A stretch of DNA of 64,000 nucleotides, taken from NCBI GenBank assembly GCA_963845755.1, contig CAWJTV010000014.1:27371-91370 (forward strand), given 5' to 3'. The stretch comes from an uncultured Planctomycetota bacterium. GTDB taxonomy: Bacteria > Planctomycetota > Planctomycetia > Isosphaerales > Isosphaeraceae. The notes beneath the pieces are model-generated. The model saw only the letters and a list, made by a program, of their open reading frames with translations. It did no database searches and was not told where the DNA came from. Below, piece after piece: positions 41,967 through 54,077 of the stretch; the stretch's first letter is position 1; each line of letters opens with the position of its first letter. The position numbers and the translations under genes are program-made.

Positions 41967-42380
41967 CGCGGCATGCCTGTTCGGGGACTGCGGATTCCCC
42001 ATCAAGAAAGGGGGTTTCCAGAGACGAAGAGGGACTTTACGTCGGTCCTTGGCTCACTCATCCCAAGGAGTTGCGCGGTCGGGGTTGGGTCCAAGGCCCA
42101 CCCCTGGTTTGCGACGGACGAACCGAGTCGCGTCTCAATAAGATGCCTCTCTGCCCCGTGTGAGAACCCGGGGAACATCGGCCGATCTGGCCGGCTTTCG
42201 ACGTCGTTCCTCCGGGCCCAATCCCGACTACACCCTTGTCGTACGCAACGCATCTCGATGGCTTGCTCCTGGGACCAAGGGCGTCGAGACCGAGACCGTA
42301 GGCATCACACAACACATCGAGCCTTGATGGCGTCGGTCACTGAATCCCACTCCTACACCCGAGAACGCTGGAGGTCACGC

Positions 42381-43730
42381 GTGGCAGCAAACCTGATCGA
42401 TCTTGCGAAGAGCTATTTGACCACCGAGGTCGTGCACCGGATCGGTGGTGCGCTCGGCGAGAGCCCGGAACGCGTCGAGAAGGCGATCGAGGCCGGGATT
42501 CCGTCTATCCTGGCCGGCTTCTTGAACATGGCCTCGTCGTCGGGCGGCAACCGCCTGTCCGAGCTGCTCAAACACGAACCTTCGGAGCTGGCGCACCTGG
42601 GGGGACTCGATGGTGTGTTCGGCAACTTGGGGAGCCTGCTGAGTGGCGGCTCGGTGGACAGTTTGATCAAGTATGGCCAGTCGGTGTTGAGTTCCCTCTT
42701 CGGCGGCAAACTCAACTCGATTCTGGAGCTGATCTCGCGATCCAGCGGGATCAAGGCGAGCTCGGCCGCGTCGTTGCTGGGGATGCTGGCACCGCTGCTC
42801 ACGGGCGTGCTCCGCAAGGAGACCGCCTCGGGAGGATCGTCGCTGGCAAGCTTGACCAGTTTGTTGATGACCCAGAAGGACGCGATTGCCAAGCTCGCGC
42901 CGGCCGGGCTTTCCAACGCAATGGGACTGGACAGCCTGGCCGACCTGGGCTCGGTTTCGAATGCGATCAAGACGGCGGGTGCGGGAGCGGCCAGGAAGGT
43001 CGGGCGAACGGCGGAGGCCGCGGCCAGCCAGGGGACCGAATGGCTGCGCTGGGCCGCGCCGCTGGCCCTGCTAGCTGCCGTGCTGTTCGGCCTGTATTAT
43101 TGGTCCGGCGGGCTAGGACAGCCGCAGCCGAATCCGGCACAGACACCCGACCTCGCGCAAGCGACGAAGACGGTCTCGGAGAACGCCTCCGAGAGACTCG
43201 ACCAGGCGACTCGATCGGTCAAGGACACCGGAAAGCGCCTGACGGAAGACGGCAAGGCCCTGATTGAGACAGTAAGCCAGAAGGTCTCTCTCACCCTGCC
43301 GGGCAACATCAAGCTCGACGTCCCCGAGAAATCGTACCTCCAGGCCTTGGTCCAGTCCTTTACCGACGGCGCCGGCACGCGAGAACCGAAGAGTTTGATC
43401 GCCGATAACCTTGACTTCGAGGGGACCACGTCCAAGCTCGCTCCCGATTCGTCGGCCGCCATCACCAGCCTGGCCACGATCATGAAGGCCTTCAGCACCG
43501 CCAAGCTGAAGATCGTGGGCCATACGGATAACGTCGGCGACGCGGCACAGAACCAGAAGATCGCGCTGGATCGCGCCACCGCGGTCAAGGACAGTCTGAT
43601 CAAGGCTGGCGTACCCGCCGAGCGGGTCATTGCCGAGGGGGCCGGTCCCGATCGACCGATCGCCTCGAACGACACCGAAGAAGGCCGTGCCAAGAATCGC
43701 CGGATCGAGCTGACGATCGTCTCCAAATGA
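42381..43730 (+). CDS. DUF937 + OmpA-like peptidoglycan-binding protein
   Basis: GGAGGT RBS before GTG; DUF937-like N-terminus, one TM helix, IVGHTDNVGD...RATAV...PIASNDTEEGRAKNRRIE. Confidence 0.88.
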   Translation: MAANLIDLAKSYLTTEVVHRIGGALGESPERVEKAIEAGIPSILAGFLNMASSSGGNRLSELLKHEPSELAHLGGLDGVFGNLGSLLSGGSVDSLIKYGQSVLSSLFGGKLNSILELISRSSGIKASSAASLLGMLAPLLTGVLRKETASGGSSLASLTSLLMTQKDAIAKLAPAGLSNAMGLDSLADLGSVSNAIKTAGAGAARKVGRTAEAAASQGTEWLRWAAPLALLAAVLFGLYYWSGGLGQPQPNPAQTPDLAQATKTVSENASERLDQATRSVKDTGKRLTEDGKALIETVSQKVSLTLPGNIKLDVPEKSYLQALVQSFTDGAGTREPKSLIADNLDFEGTTSKLAPDSSAAITSLATIMKAFSTAKLKIVGHTDNVGDAAQNQKIALDRATAVKDSLIKAGVPAERVIAEGAGPDRPIASNDTEEGRAKNRRIELTIVSK

Positions 43731-44027
43731 TCGAGGCCCGGCGAGAATCGTCCCGGCCTTTCCCGGACCGACGCCGATCGGGGTCCGTCGGCAGGATGCG
43801 GCAACGACCGGCAGACTTCCGATGGGACCGGGCCGCGTCGCAAACCCGGCGCCGAGGAGGGAGATCACGCATCGTTCGCCCGGGAGGGAGTTGGAGTGGG
43901 TCCATCCCACTCCCCTCTCGGGTTTCGCCGGAACGATCGATTCATTCAAATTGTGTTGACATTTGCTATCTGCTTCACTCGGCCTCGCCGATCACGATCT
44001 GCTTCCCGATCGAGGAGAACGGAAGGC

Positions 44028-44287
44028 TCACTGAACCTCTTCCAAGTCACCGGGATTCCAGGAGCCGTCGAAGGCCGACGACTCTGGGCCGTAGATCTGG
44101 AAGTAGGCGAACCAGCCGTGGCCGGGCATCGTCTGAAGCCACTGGCCTTCGTCTAAACTTGGAAATCCGGACGGCGGAATCTCCGGGCCGGCGGCTGTCG
44201 TGTCAGCCGGCCCGGCGTGGTCAGACAACCGAGCAGAGTGCCTGCGGTGAGTAGCACCGCCGCGGTCAAGGTCGTTGGCGTTCGCAT
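44028..44287 (-). pseudogene. Internally deleted DUF1254/DUF1214-like gene remnant
   Basis: Signal peptide MRTPTTLTAAVLLTAGTLLGCL joined out of frame to the DUF1214-like tail WLQTMPGHGWFAYFQIYGPESSAFDGSWNPGDLEEV*. Confidence 0.6.
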
Positions 44288-44415
44288 AGGTCGTCCCCTC
44301 GTATTGTGCTGAGATCTCCCAGAGCAGGCAGCTCTCATCTTTTCCTGTACGCAAGACCGATCGTGATGAGCGGTGCTCAGACCACTTGTTGGTTTATGCG
44401 TTCGGCAGGACGCCA

Positions 44416-45036
44416 TTACGGCTTTTTCGTCATATAGCTGTTGATGAGACAGCGGTAGATAGGAAGGTGGTTGGAGAACAGCGCCCCCAGCCCTTCGATG
44501 TCGTTGCGCCAATCGCGGTGAAGCTCGCAGGCGACGCCGAACCACGTCATGAGCTGCGCCCCAGCCGCCGACATGCGGGCCCAGGCGGCGTCGCGTGTGG
44601 TCTTGTTGAACGTGCCGGACGCATCAGCGACGACGAAGACCTCGTAACCGGCTTCGATGGCCGAGAGCGCGGGGAAAGCCACGCACACCTCGGTCACGAT
44701 GCCCGCGATGAGCAATTGCTTCTTGCCCGTCGCTTCGACGGCCTTCACGAAGTCCTCGTTGTCCCACGCGTTGATGTTGCCCGGCCGCGCGATGTAGGGC
44801 GCATCCGGGAACATCGCCTTGAGCTCCGGCACCAGCGGCCCATTGGGCCCATCCTCGAAGCTCGTCGTGAGGATGGTGGGCAGCTTGAAATACCTGGCGG
44901 CATCGGCCAGCGCCAGCACGTTATTCTTGAAGTCGTCCGGCGAGAAGTCCTGCACGCAGTTTGTCAGGCCGGTCTGGTGATCCACCAACAGGACGGCGAC
45001 ATCGTTCTTGTCAAGGCGCTTGTATTTGAAGCTCAT
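44416..45036 (-). CDS. ycaC: Isochorismatase-family cysteine hydrolase YcaC
   Basis: YKRLDKNDVAVLLVDHQTGL, ARPGNINAWDNEDFVKAV, GIVTEVCVAFPALSA, ELHRDWR. Confidence 0.92.
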   Translation of the reverse strand: MSFKYKRLDKNDVAVLLVDHQTGLTNCVQDFSPDDFKNNVLALADAARYFKLPTILTTSFEDGPNGPLVPELKAMFPDAPYIARPGNINAWDNEDFVKAVEATGKKQLLIAGIVTEVCVAFPALSAIEAGYEVFVVADASGTFNKTTRDAAWARMSAAGAQLMTWFGVACELHRDWRNDIEGLGALFSNHLPIYRCLINSYMTKKP

Positions 45037-45286
45037 GTCCGTCTCCCTTTGTTTGACGAGTGGGTTCGTGGTTCTTATCGAGCGGGCGGTTCTCAGCCGA
45101 TCGGGATTCCAGCCGCCGACTCGCCGGCGCGAGGTGTGCCGAGCCGGTTCGGCGGGGTAAAGTGATCACGGACTTCGCGCCGGGTTCCCGTGTTTTCTCC
45201 TGAGCGCCGGCGGGAACTGCGATCCAATCGACCAGAACACCAACGGCGAGCATTGCGGCGGTGGGAAAAGTCGTTCGCGTTCCCAC
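45011..45286 (-). pseudogene. Gene remnant consisting of a signal-peptide module
   Basis: N-terminus resembles that of the 47763 sulfatase and shares its 14-bp upstream motif; the remainder is unrecognisable. Confidence 0.4.
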
Positions 45287-45356
45287 GGTGTCGTACTCAG
45301 AAGGGTAAGATAGCGGTCCGGGAATCGCTTCCTGCCCGCGAAATAGACTACGGAAA

Positions 45357-47763
45357 TCACTTCAACTCGATGGTGATCTTCTCGATCTCACCCGTAAACG
45401 TGAACGGCAACTTGTACGTGAAGTCCACCGGCGAGCCGACGTCCCGGCCGATGTCCAGTCCTTCGCCCAGGGAGATCTGGAGCGGGATGGTCCGTTCGAG
45501 GCGGCCCTCGGCGGTCTTGGCGCCGTTCACGGACATCGTCACCATCGCGCCCTTGCCGCGGTCTTCGGCCTCGCCTTCGTACTGGAAGTCGATGACCAGC
45601 TTCACTTTGCCCTTGGGGAGCGCGTCCGTGCCCGTGATCGTGGGGCGCTCGAGTTCGAGGTAGTTGTAGACGAACGTCGGCTTGCCCTCACGGACGTAAA
45701 GGCCATATCCGCCGACGAGCCCGCCGTGTGTGATGATCATGCCTTCCGCGCCGCTCTCGGGAATCGTCGATGTCCGCCGTGAGCGTCCACGACTTGTTGA
45801 GGATGCGCGGGGCGGCGTCGTTGGGAAGACCGAGCTGTCCAGGGTAATACGTGAACATCTTGCGATCTCCGGACAGGCTCGGGCGGCCCATGAGCTCGGC
45901 ATTGAGGCGCTCGACGCCGCGCCAGTCCAGCGGCAGGACGTTATGCCTGGAAGCCTCCGACCACCAGAGGTCCTGCATCTCGCGGAGTTTCTGCGGATTC
46001 GCGGACGCGAGATCGTCGGCCTGCGAGAAGTCCTCGTCGATGTTGTACAGTTCCCACTTCTGCTTATCGATATCGAATCCCTTGCGATTCGGCTCCCAGG
46101 GTGCGAACGCAATGGCGGAAGCCATCCAGCCGTCATGATAGATGCCCCGAACGCACCCCATCTCAAAGTACTGCGTGGTCCGCCGGCCCTTGGCCTTCGC
46201 ATCGTCGAACGCGTACGCGAAGCTGATCCCTTCGATCGGCTTCTGCGGCGCGCCGTTGAGCTCCATCGGGGGCGTGATGCCGATCAACTCGTAGAGCGTC
46301 GGCACGATGTCGATGGTGTGGAGGAACTGGCTGCGCAGGCCGCCTTTGTCTTTGATCCGCGCAGGCCAGGAGATGATCAGCGGGTTGCGCGTGCCGCCGA
46401 AGTGGCTGGCGATCTGCTTGGTCCACTGGAAGGGCGTGTCCATCGCGTGCGCCCAGGCCGAGGGAAAGTGATTGAAGTGCTTCGGCCCGCCGAGCTCGTC
46501 GATCACCTTGAGGTTATCCTGCCACTTTTCCGGGAAGCCGTTGAAGAACAGGTTCTCGTTGACGGACCCCTCGATTCCGCCCTCGGCGCTGGAGCCGTTG
46601 TCGCCGGCAATGTAGATGAAGATCGTGTTCTCGGCGCCGGGCAACTGCTTCACCGCTTCGACGACCCGGCCCATGTGGTAGTCGCAGTGCGCCCCATAGG
46701 CCGCGAAGACCTCCATCATGTGCGCATAGAGCCGCTTCTGGTCGGCGTTCAAGGAGTCCCATGCCGGCAGACCCGCTGGCCGTGGGGTGAGCTTCGCATT
46801 CTCCGGGATCACCCCGAGTTGCTTCTGCCGCACGAACGTCTCCTCGCGATACCTGTCCCACCCCATGTCGAACTTGCCCTTGAACTTGTCGATCCAGTCC
46901 TGGGGCGCCTGGTGGGGCGAGTGCGTCGCGCCGGGCGCGACATAGAGGAAGAACGGGCGGTCCGGGGAGATGCTCTTGACCTTACGGGTCCAAGCGATGG
47001 CGTGGTCGGCGATGTCGGCGGTCAGGTGGTAGGTGGGATCGCTCGACGCGGGAACGAGGTCGCGGTTCTCATAGAGCACCGGGTTCCAGTGGTTCATGTC
47101 GCCGGCGTTGAAGCCGTAGAAGTAGTCGAAGCCCAGCCCGTTGGCCCAGCGGTCGAACGGGCCGGCGGCGCTCGCTTCCCAGGTGGGCGTGTTATGGTTC
47201 TTGCCGATCCAGGCGGTCATGTACCCGTTCTGACGGAGGACTTCGCCGATCGTCCCGCAACTGCGCGGCAGGACGCAGGTGTAGCCGTCGTACCCCGTCG
47301 CGGCCTCGGCGATGCTCGCGAACGCGGCGGAGTGATGGTTGCGTCCGGTGATGAGGGCGGCGCGAGTCGGGCTGCACAGCGCGGTCGTGTGGAACCGATT
47401 GAAGCGGAGGCCTTCCGCCGCGAGCGAATCCATCGTGGGCGACGGCACACCGCCGCCGAAGGTGCTGAACTGCCCGAAGCCGGCATCGTCGATCAGGATT
47501 AGCACGACGTTCGGAGCGCCCTTCGGGGCCTGCACTGGTTGCGGGAACCGCGGCGGGTCGGAGTCCAGGTAGGTCCGCCCCACACTGCCGGAGAAGTGGA
47601 AGTCGGGACGGGGCAGCACGCTCGGGCTGCTCGGGGTCGAAGGGGCATCACTCTTGGGCGTGTCCTGGGAGGGAGCCGCGGAGAGTCGGGCTGACGCCGC
47701 AAGCCATCCGAGTAGGATGTCGGCGGCGAGCAGGGCGACGGCCATCGCCGTTCGTATTCGCAT
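45357..47763 (-). CDS. Arylsulfatase with C-terminal beta-sandwich (frameshift near 45770)
   Basis: PNVVLILIDDAG, ALCSPTRAALITGRNH, GKNHN, GDNG, HFGGTRNP; the C-terminal GAEGMIITHGG...FTFTGEIEKITIELK is in a shifted frame. Confidence 0.9.
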
Positions 47764-47991
47764 GATATCGTCTCCCGTGATGTGAAATAGCGGTCCGGGA
47801 CGAGATGAGTATTCGCGATCCGGTCGTCCTCAGACATTGGCTACAACTCTTGCGGCATCATGCGTCGCGCCGAGGCCCGTTTCAACGGGTAGGAGCTCTC
47901 GGCATCGCTCAAAGGTCATCCAATTTCCCGGTGCTGTCGGAGGTCGATGACTGAGCCATGCCAATGCGGGGGTGATTCGGAGCCGTTCGCG

Positions 47992-48912
47992 TCAGACCTG
48001 GCGTGCCTGGTCGATGTCGAGCCGGAGTTGTTCGAGCAGCTCTTCCTGACCGTTGAATCGGCGGGTTGATCGGAGCCGCTGGATGAAGTCCAGCTCGACC
48101 GATCGGTTATACAAGTCCCCCGAGAACCCGATCAGGTGGGCTTCGACCTTTCGGGCCTGTTCGCCGAATGTGGGGTTGGGCCCGATGTTGCAAGCGGCGG
48201 GCCATGCCGGTCCTCGGCCGTCGATCCAGACGCGGGCGGCATAAACGCCGTCGGCGGGGATCATGACGTCGATCTCGGACAGGTTGGCGGTCGGAAAACC
48301 CAGTCCGGTACCGCGGCCCGCCCCGTGGCCGACCAATCCTCGGCATCGGTGGGGACGGCCGAGAAACCGAGCGGCATCTTCGACACGGCCCTCGCTCAGG
48401 CAACGGCGTATGAGCGAGGACGAGACCAGCTCTCCGTCGATACAGGTCGCCTCGACGACTTCGAAGTCGATCCCCGCACCGGCGCACCATTTCGCCAGGC
48501 TCGAGACGTTACCCTCCCGGTCGTGACCGAATGCGAAATTCGGCCCCTCGACCATGCCGCGGGCGGCGAACTGGCCGAGGATGACCCGCTCGAAGAAACC
48601 CCGAGCCGAAAGTCCGAGGAGCCAGGGACCGGTCTTGAAAATGCCGACTTCCGTAGCACCACACTCTTGAAGCAGGGCGATCTCACGCTCCGGCCAGACG
48701 AGGGGGACCGGGGCTTGTTCGGGCCGTAGCAAGGCGACCGGATGCGGGTCGAACGTGATTGCCAGCGCCGGCACACGCGCCGCATCGGCCCGGGCGCGGA
48801 GCCGGCCCAACAGGTGCTGGTGACCCCGATGAACCCCATCGAAGTTACCCACCGTGACGAAAGCGCCACGAGCACGGGCGGGGAAGTCACGAACGTTCTC
48901 GATCGCGATCAA
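47992..48912 (-). CDS. ribF: Bifunctional riboflavin kinase/FAD synthetase
   Basis: GNFDGVHRGHQ, TFDPHP, VSSSLIR, GFPTAN, GVYA, NIGPNPTF, EAHL. Confidence 0.95.
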   Translation of the reverse strand: MIAIENVRDFPARARGAFVTVGNFDGVHRGHQHLLGRLRARADAARVPALAITFDPHPVALLRPEQAPVPLVWPEREIALLQECGATEVGIFKTGPWLLGLSARGFFERVILGQFAARGMVEGPNFAFGHDREGNVSSLAKWCAGAGIDFEVVEATCIDGELVSSSLIRRCLSEGRVEDAARFLGRPHRCRGLVGHGAGRGTGLGFPTANLSEIDVMIPADGVYAARVWIDGRGPAWPAACNIGPNPTFGEQARKVEAHLIGFSGDLYNRSVELDFIQRLRSTRRFNGQEELLEQLRLDIDQARQV

Positions 48913-49189
48913 TGCTCGGCGCCTTTCGGCTGCTCAACGCCTTGCGGCATCCCAGATTGGTTCCACCGCCTGCCCATCGCAACGCCCCGGAACGCGTGGC
49001 ATCTGTCTTGGGACATCATTATCACCTGTCGCGGACGGGACGGTCAATCCTGCCCGACAACCGACCCCGAGACGCGGCGATGCCGAATCTCTATGATGGA
49101 CCGTCCGTCCGCCCGTTGAGGTCGGACGTCGAGAGAGAGTGGTCTTTGTCTTTTCCGCCTACCGCCTACTGCCGACTGCCTACTGAACG

Positions 49190-50411
49190 ATGAATATCCT
49201 GATCCTGGGAAATGGGGAGGAGGAGCTTGCCTGGGCGCACTGGCTCCTCGAACATCCGGAACATCGATTGGATGGGGCCTTTCCGGGCTTCGCCGACCCC
49301 GCGATGGCGGGAATCCCCGCGCCGCGCGATCTCGACGACGCCCTGGCCCAAGCGGGGATCGACGCGGTGATCGTGGGCGGGCCGATCGCGTCTCGCGGCG
49401 AGTCCCTCCGCCGCGCCGCCGCCGAGGGTCTGGCCATCATCTGCCTGCATCCGCCCGGTTCGGACTCGGAAGCGTACTACCAGGTCTCGTTGAGCCGGGA
49501 AGAGACCGGCGCCACGATCGTGCCCGACCTTCCTCTGCGGCTCCATCCCGGCGTGGCCGCCCTGCGTCAATCGCTTTCCCAAGGCGAAATGGGCGACTTC
49601 CGGACTCTTCGCCTGGAGGTGACCTCCGATCCGACGGAGACCGACCTGGCCCGCGTTGCATTTGCCCGCAGTGTGGATGTCGTCCGGGCGTTGCTCGGCG
49701 AGATTCACGCACCTCACGGCCACCGGCGACCCGCCGGGCGATCGTCCCGACATCGAGCTGGTGGTCCAGCTCCGCACCGGGGGTTCCCGCCGGGGCGAGG
49801 TGCGAATTCGGTCGGGGCCTTCGGAGCCTGCACGACTGATCCTCCTCGCTGCCGATGGCTCGTTGACCTTGGAGTTCGATCCCGCGTTCGAAGGACACTC
49901 GCGCCTGCTCCGGCACGCTCCGCCGTCTTCCCCGCACGTCACCGAGCTCGCGCCCTGGGATACCCACGAAGCCATCCTCTCTGTGCTGTCGTCATCAATG
50001 GGCCGACGTGGCGAGGCTGCTCTCCCCGGCCCGAGTCTTCACGACGGAACGAGAGCCATGGAGCTGGCCGAGGCTGCGGTACGCAGCCTACGCCGCGGAC
50101 GGACGGTCGAACTCCACTACGAGGCGATCAGCGAGGAGGCCACCTTCAAGTCGGTGATGACCTCGACCGGATGCCTGATCTTGATCGCAATCCTCTTCGT
50201 CCTACCCCTCTCGATGGCCGGCCCACCGCTGGGCCTCAAATGGACGCTCTTCATCCCGTATTTGATCCCTCCGGTCCTCGTGATCTTCGTCGTCATGCAG
50301 ATTCTTCGCCTTGCCGTGCGAAAGCCGAATGCCTCAAGACAAGCCGCGCAACGACTTCAGACAGAGGCCGCGGGCGACGATCGTGAAGATGCCGGGCCTT
50401 CTCAGTGGTAG
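49190..50411 (+). CDS. Hypothetical Gfo/Idh/MocA-like protein with C-terminal TM helices (frameshift near 49710)
   Basis: MNILILG Rossmann-like start; DGTRAMELAEAAVRSLRRGRTV; two terminal hydrophobic helices. Confidence 0.6.
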
Positions 50412-50461
50412 CGACGTCGGGCGCACGTTTCCGATCCTGGTCCGGAGCCCGACCGGATATC

Positions 50462-51528
50462 TCACGCCGCCTTACCCGTACGAGCACCGGGGACATCGCC
50501 CGCAGACTCCTGGAAGCTGCCGAAGCTCTTGCGGAAGTTGGGGACGAGTTCGTCGAACCGTTTGGATTCCACCGTGTACTTGACCTCGTAATCGAACCGA
50601 CTGCCGTGGAACCGGCGTTCGATGACGGTCATCGAGAACGGACCGCGGCGGGTGCGGACGACGGTTTCGAGCGCCTGGATCTTCCCCTGTGGCACCACCT
50701 TGCACGAAAGGATCTCACAGCCCGGCTCTTCCTGCTTCAACCGATCGGGAAGCTCCTTGGCCAGGTCGCCGAGGTCAACGTTGCGATGGTCATGGGCGAG
50801 GACCAGGAGGTTGTCAGACCAGACGCCGTGGGGTGGTCCGTTGGCCAGGAGCAGCGCGACCTCGCTCGGCGCGAGCACGGGACTCCAGCCCTCCGGCAGG
50901 TCGAGGGCGAACTTGTATTCGCGCTGGATCCAGCGATTGGAAGGCTTCGAGAGCAGGTCGGCACCGGTATTGGGTTGTGAGAACCGGGTCGCTGTGATCA
51001 TCGCTTCGAAGGCGGGTCGGACGTTCGCATAGACCGAGTCCTCAACGTTCAGGATGAACGTGTAGAGTTGTCGGTTGGCGATGATTCGAACGCTCACCTC
51101 GCACAGAATCCGCCGGCGTCGGGGTGGAATTCCCAGATGGTCTCAAGCCGATCGCCTCGGGGGTCCTTGATGACCCGGTTGGAAGCGAGCTTGCCGCTGT
51201 CCCGGCCGTTCCGCCTGGCATTCGCATCGATCCGCGTGCGATAGTCTTCCAGACTCTCCGGCGCGAGGGCCAACTCGCAGGCGGCGACGCCGGGGCGCGG
51301 GAAGTCCTTCTGGGGAATGACCGCCACGAAGACCCGATCCTCATCTTCGCGGCTGGCGATTGTCCAGGCCTTGGGGATCCGCGTCGCCACCCCGTACTTG
51401 GGCGCCTCGAACGGCTCGGTCGGCGGGAGTTCCGGCACGGGCCCATTCTGGGCCATCAACATCGTTGCAAGAAGCAAGACGCTCGACATCGGCATGGTTT
51501 CCGTTGGAAAGGGCCACACGGTATTCAT
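50462..51528 (-). CDS. Hypothetical secreted protein (frameshift near 51100)
   Basis: ORFs 51094..51528 and 50462..51097 abut in different frames; N-terminal hydrophobic stretch. Confidence 0.55.
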
Positions 51529-51567
51529 GATCGTTTCCCCGGACCCAGCAAACGGGTTCGGGGCTCA

Positions 51568-53461
51568 TTACATATCGCGAATGAAATCTGCCGCATAAGA
51601 ACGAACTGGCTTGCCGTTGAGCACATGGAAGGTGCGGAGACGTTCGAGGAGCTGGCCGCTGAAACGTTTGAGGGGCAGGTGGACGATCTTGCGGCCGAAC
51701 CGGCGGGCCAGCCGGCGCCAGGACGCGGGCGGGAGCCTGGGGCTGACGACGGCGACATGCCGGTCCTGGCTGTGCAGGAACCCCGCGGCGAGCAGGCGCT
51801 CCTCGAGCGTGTCGGTGAAGTCGAGGCGGCGGTCGGTCCAGACGTCGGGGATCACTCGAGGCGGGAAGAGGAACAGGGCTCCGCCGTATTCGGCCTGCGC
51901 GATCCCCGGGCCGACGAGGTTTTTCATGGGATCCGTCGCGTAGTAGGCCAGGGTCGAACTCTTCGTGGTGCTCGGCGTACCAGGTGGTGCGGTTGGTGTA
52001 CAGCTCGGGGTCGGCCGGCACATCGAAGAGGAACAGGACAACCTCGATCGAGCCCCGGCTCGGCGGCACGACCTTGACGTAGAGGTCGCGCGTGTGCCAG
52101 TTCCGCAAGGTCTCCCGGATATCAATGCCGTCGCGGATGCTGGTCGTGAACTTCTCGGTGCGGGCCAGGTCCGCGCCGATGATCGCCTTGGCCTGATCGC
52201 GGACGTGGCGGTGAAAGCTCTCGATCCGCTCGTCCTCCGGCGGCCAGGAGCACATGCTGAAGGGGTCCCAGCGCTGTCGCCACCGAGCCTGCTCCTCACG
52301 AAGTGGCTTGGGCCTCAGCTCGAGGGTCCGCCAGCTCAGCGATTGGCCCGGCAGCCGGCTCACCATCGGGCCGGTCCCCCAGACGGGTACCTCCGCCTGA
52401 TGGATTCCCATGCGAAGGGCTCCATGGTCGTCGAAGTCCCCCGCATCGCCGTCCTCCGCCGGGGAGAAGGGGTATTCCCGGGCGGTCTCGGCCAGGGCCA
52501 GGGCGAAGTCATCGCCGGCGGTCTGCTGGGCGGCGACGATGAGCGTGTACAGGTCGGGAGTGAGCCGGCAATCCATCAACGATAGATTGCGCAGGTATCG
52601 AAGATAGATCGACAAAATTTGGGGCGTGATCCGTTGCGCGACCTTGGGATGCTTGGCCCGGAGCCGCTCGCGGGCATCGAGCACCATCTCCTTGACGCCG
52701 TCGACCGACAGGTTGTCGTCCGGGGTCAACTCGCGCCGGCCCCGTTCGTAGAGTCCCGTGATATAGGGGAGCTCGCCCAGCGCGAAGATCAACGTACGGG
52801 GATCGACGGGGAAGGATTGGATCGGCGAGAAGAACGATTCGGGCTCCGGAGGCTCGAGCCCGAGCTGGTAGGCATCGCGGATCCAGGGCCAGTCGAGGAT
52901 CGAGCAAACGAGGAGAATGAGCTGATGCCGAGATTCCAGCTCTCGCAGCCGCGCCGCCATCCAGGTGACGCGCCGGATCACCTGGTCGGCCGATGGAGGC
53001 GGGACCGCCGCCAGTATCGCCGCGGCGTAGCGTTCGGGGCTAACCTTCTTGAGAGCGTAGGGGTCTGGAAAGGCCTGGGTCACCGAGACGAACCGTGGCG
53101 TTTCCAGGTCGATGAACGCGCGCGCGATCCGCTCTCCCCGCGCCGTCCGCAAGGCGGCGATCACACCCTGACAGGGGTCGATCGGGACATAGCTGAAGCC
53201 AGGCTCCCCCTCGGTCTCGTCATCGTTGGTTCCCGCGTTGACCTGAACCACTACCGAGACCACGGGCAATCGGTCAACGGCCGCCTCCACGTCCTCCTGG
53301 AACGAAGGCGGCAGCGGTACCGCCACGCAGTCATATGGCCGGCTCAGCAACTCTTCGCGCACCTGGATCGCGTAATCGCCGGAACCGTGGATGATCGGCA
53401 GGACCCGGATCCGTGGGCTGATCGTCAGGAAGTCGTCGGAACTCACGCGCGGGGTACTCAT
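51568..53461 (-). CDS. Hypothetical protein (frameshift near 51960)
   Basis: Long ORF 51341..53461 switches to ORF 51568..52299 after WYAEHHEE; coding-like composition; GIDIRETLRNW motif. Confidence 0.65.
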
Positions 53462-54077
53462 CGGTCTTGGTCGCTCCGCGTGGCGAGCCTGCCGTGATAA
53501 AGGCCAGGCTGCTTCGGTGGATCAGTTCGGTTCGATTCCCAAAAGGTCCCGATTCCAGTGTACGCTCCGACCTCTCGAGTTGCGACACCAGCCCACGCCG
53601 CGAGGTCTCGGTGCGGATGTGGTCCGAACGCGGAGTCCGCATGACCGAAAGGGGTTTTACGATGATTAACGATGCAGGACACCGATCGGCGTCATTCTCC
53701 GGGCCCAACCGGAGAAAGATGGGCCGGAACTCAAGAGCGATGTCGCCTAGGATACTTATTGGAGGGTTGGCCCCTCGAATTCAGTTAAGTTTCGTCGGTC
53801 ACGAATGTCCAAACGACCCTCCCAACCACAATGGGGTCTGAGGACCAGATAATACCAGTCGTGGTTCGTACGCCCCGACCGTCTCCGCCCCGCTGTTCGA
53901 GTTCTCGAAAGCGGAGTGCCTCGACTTCGGGTGTCCAATTGCAAACCACGCAGACTCCTCTTTACCGGACGTCACTGCGCCACCGACTGCTGGCGTAGCA
54001 GCGGCATCGTGCGCAGAAGTGATGAGTTGAATCGCCCGGCAATGCGACGGGGCAAGGCGAGACGAGGATCTCCGGTC

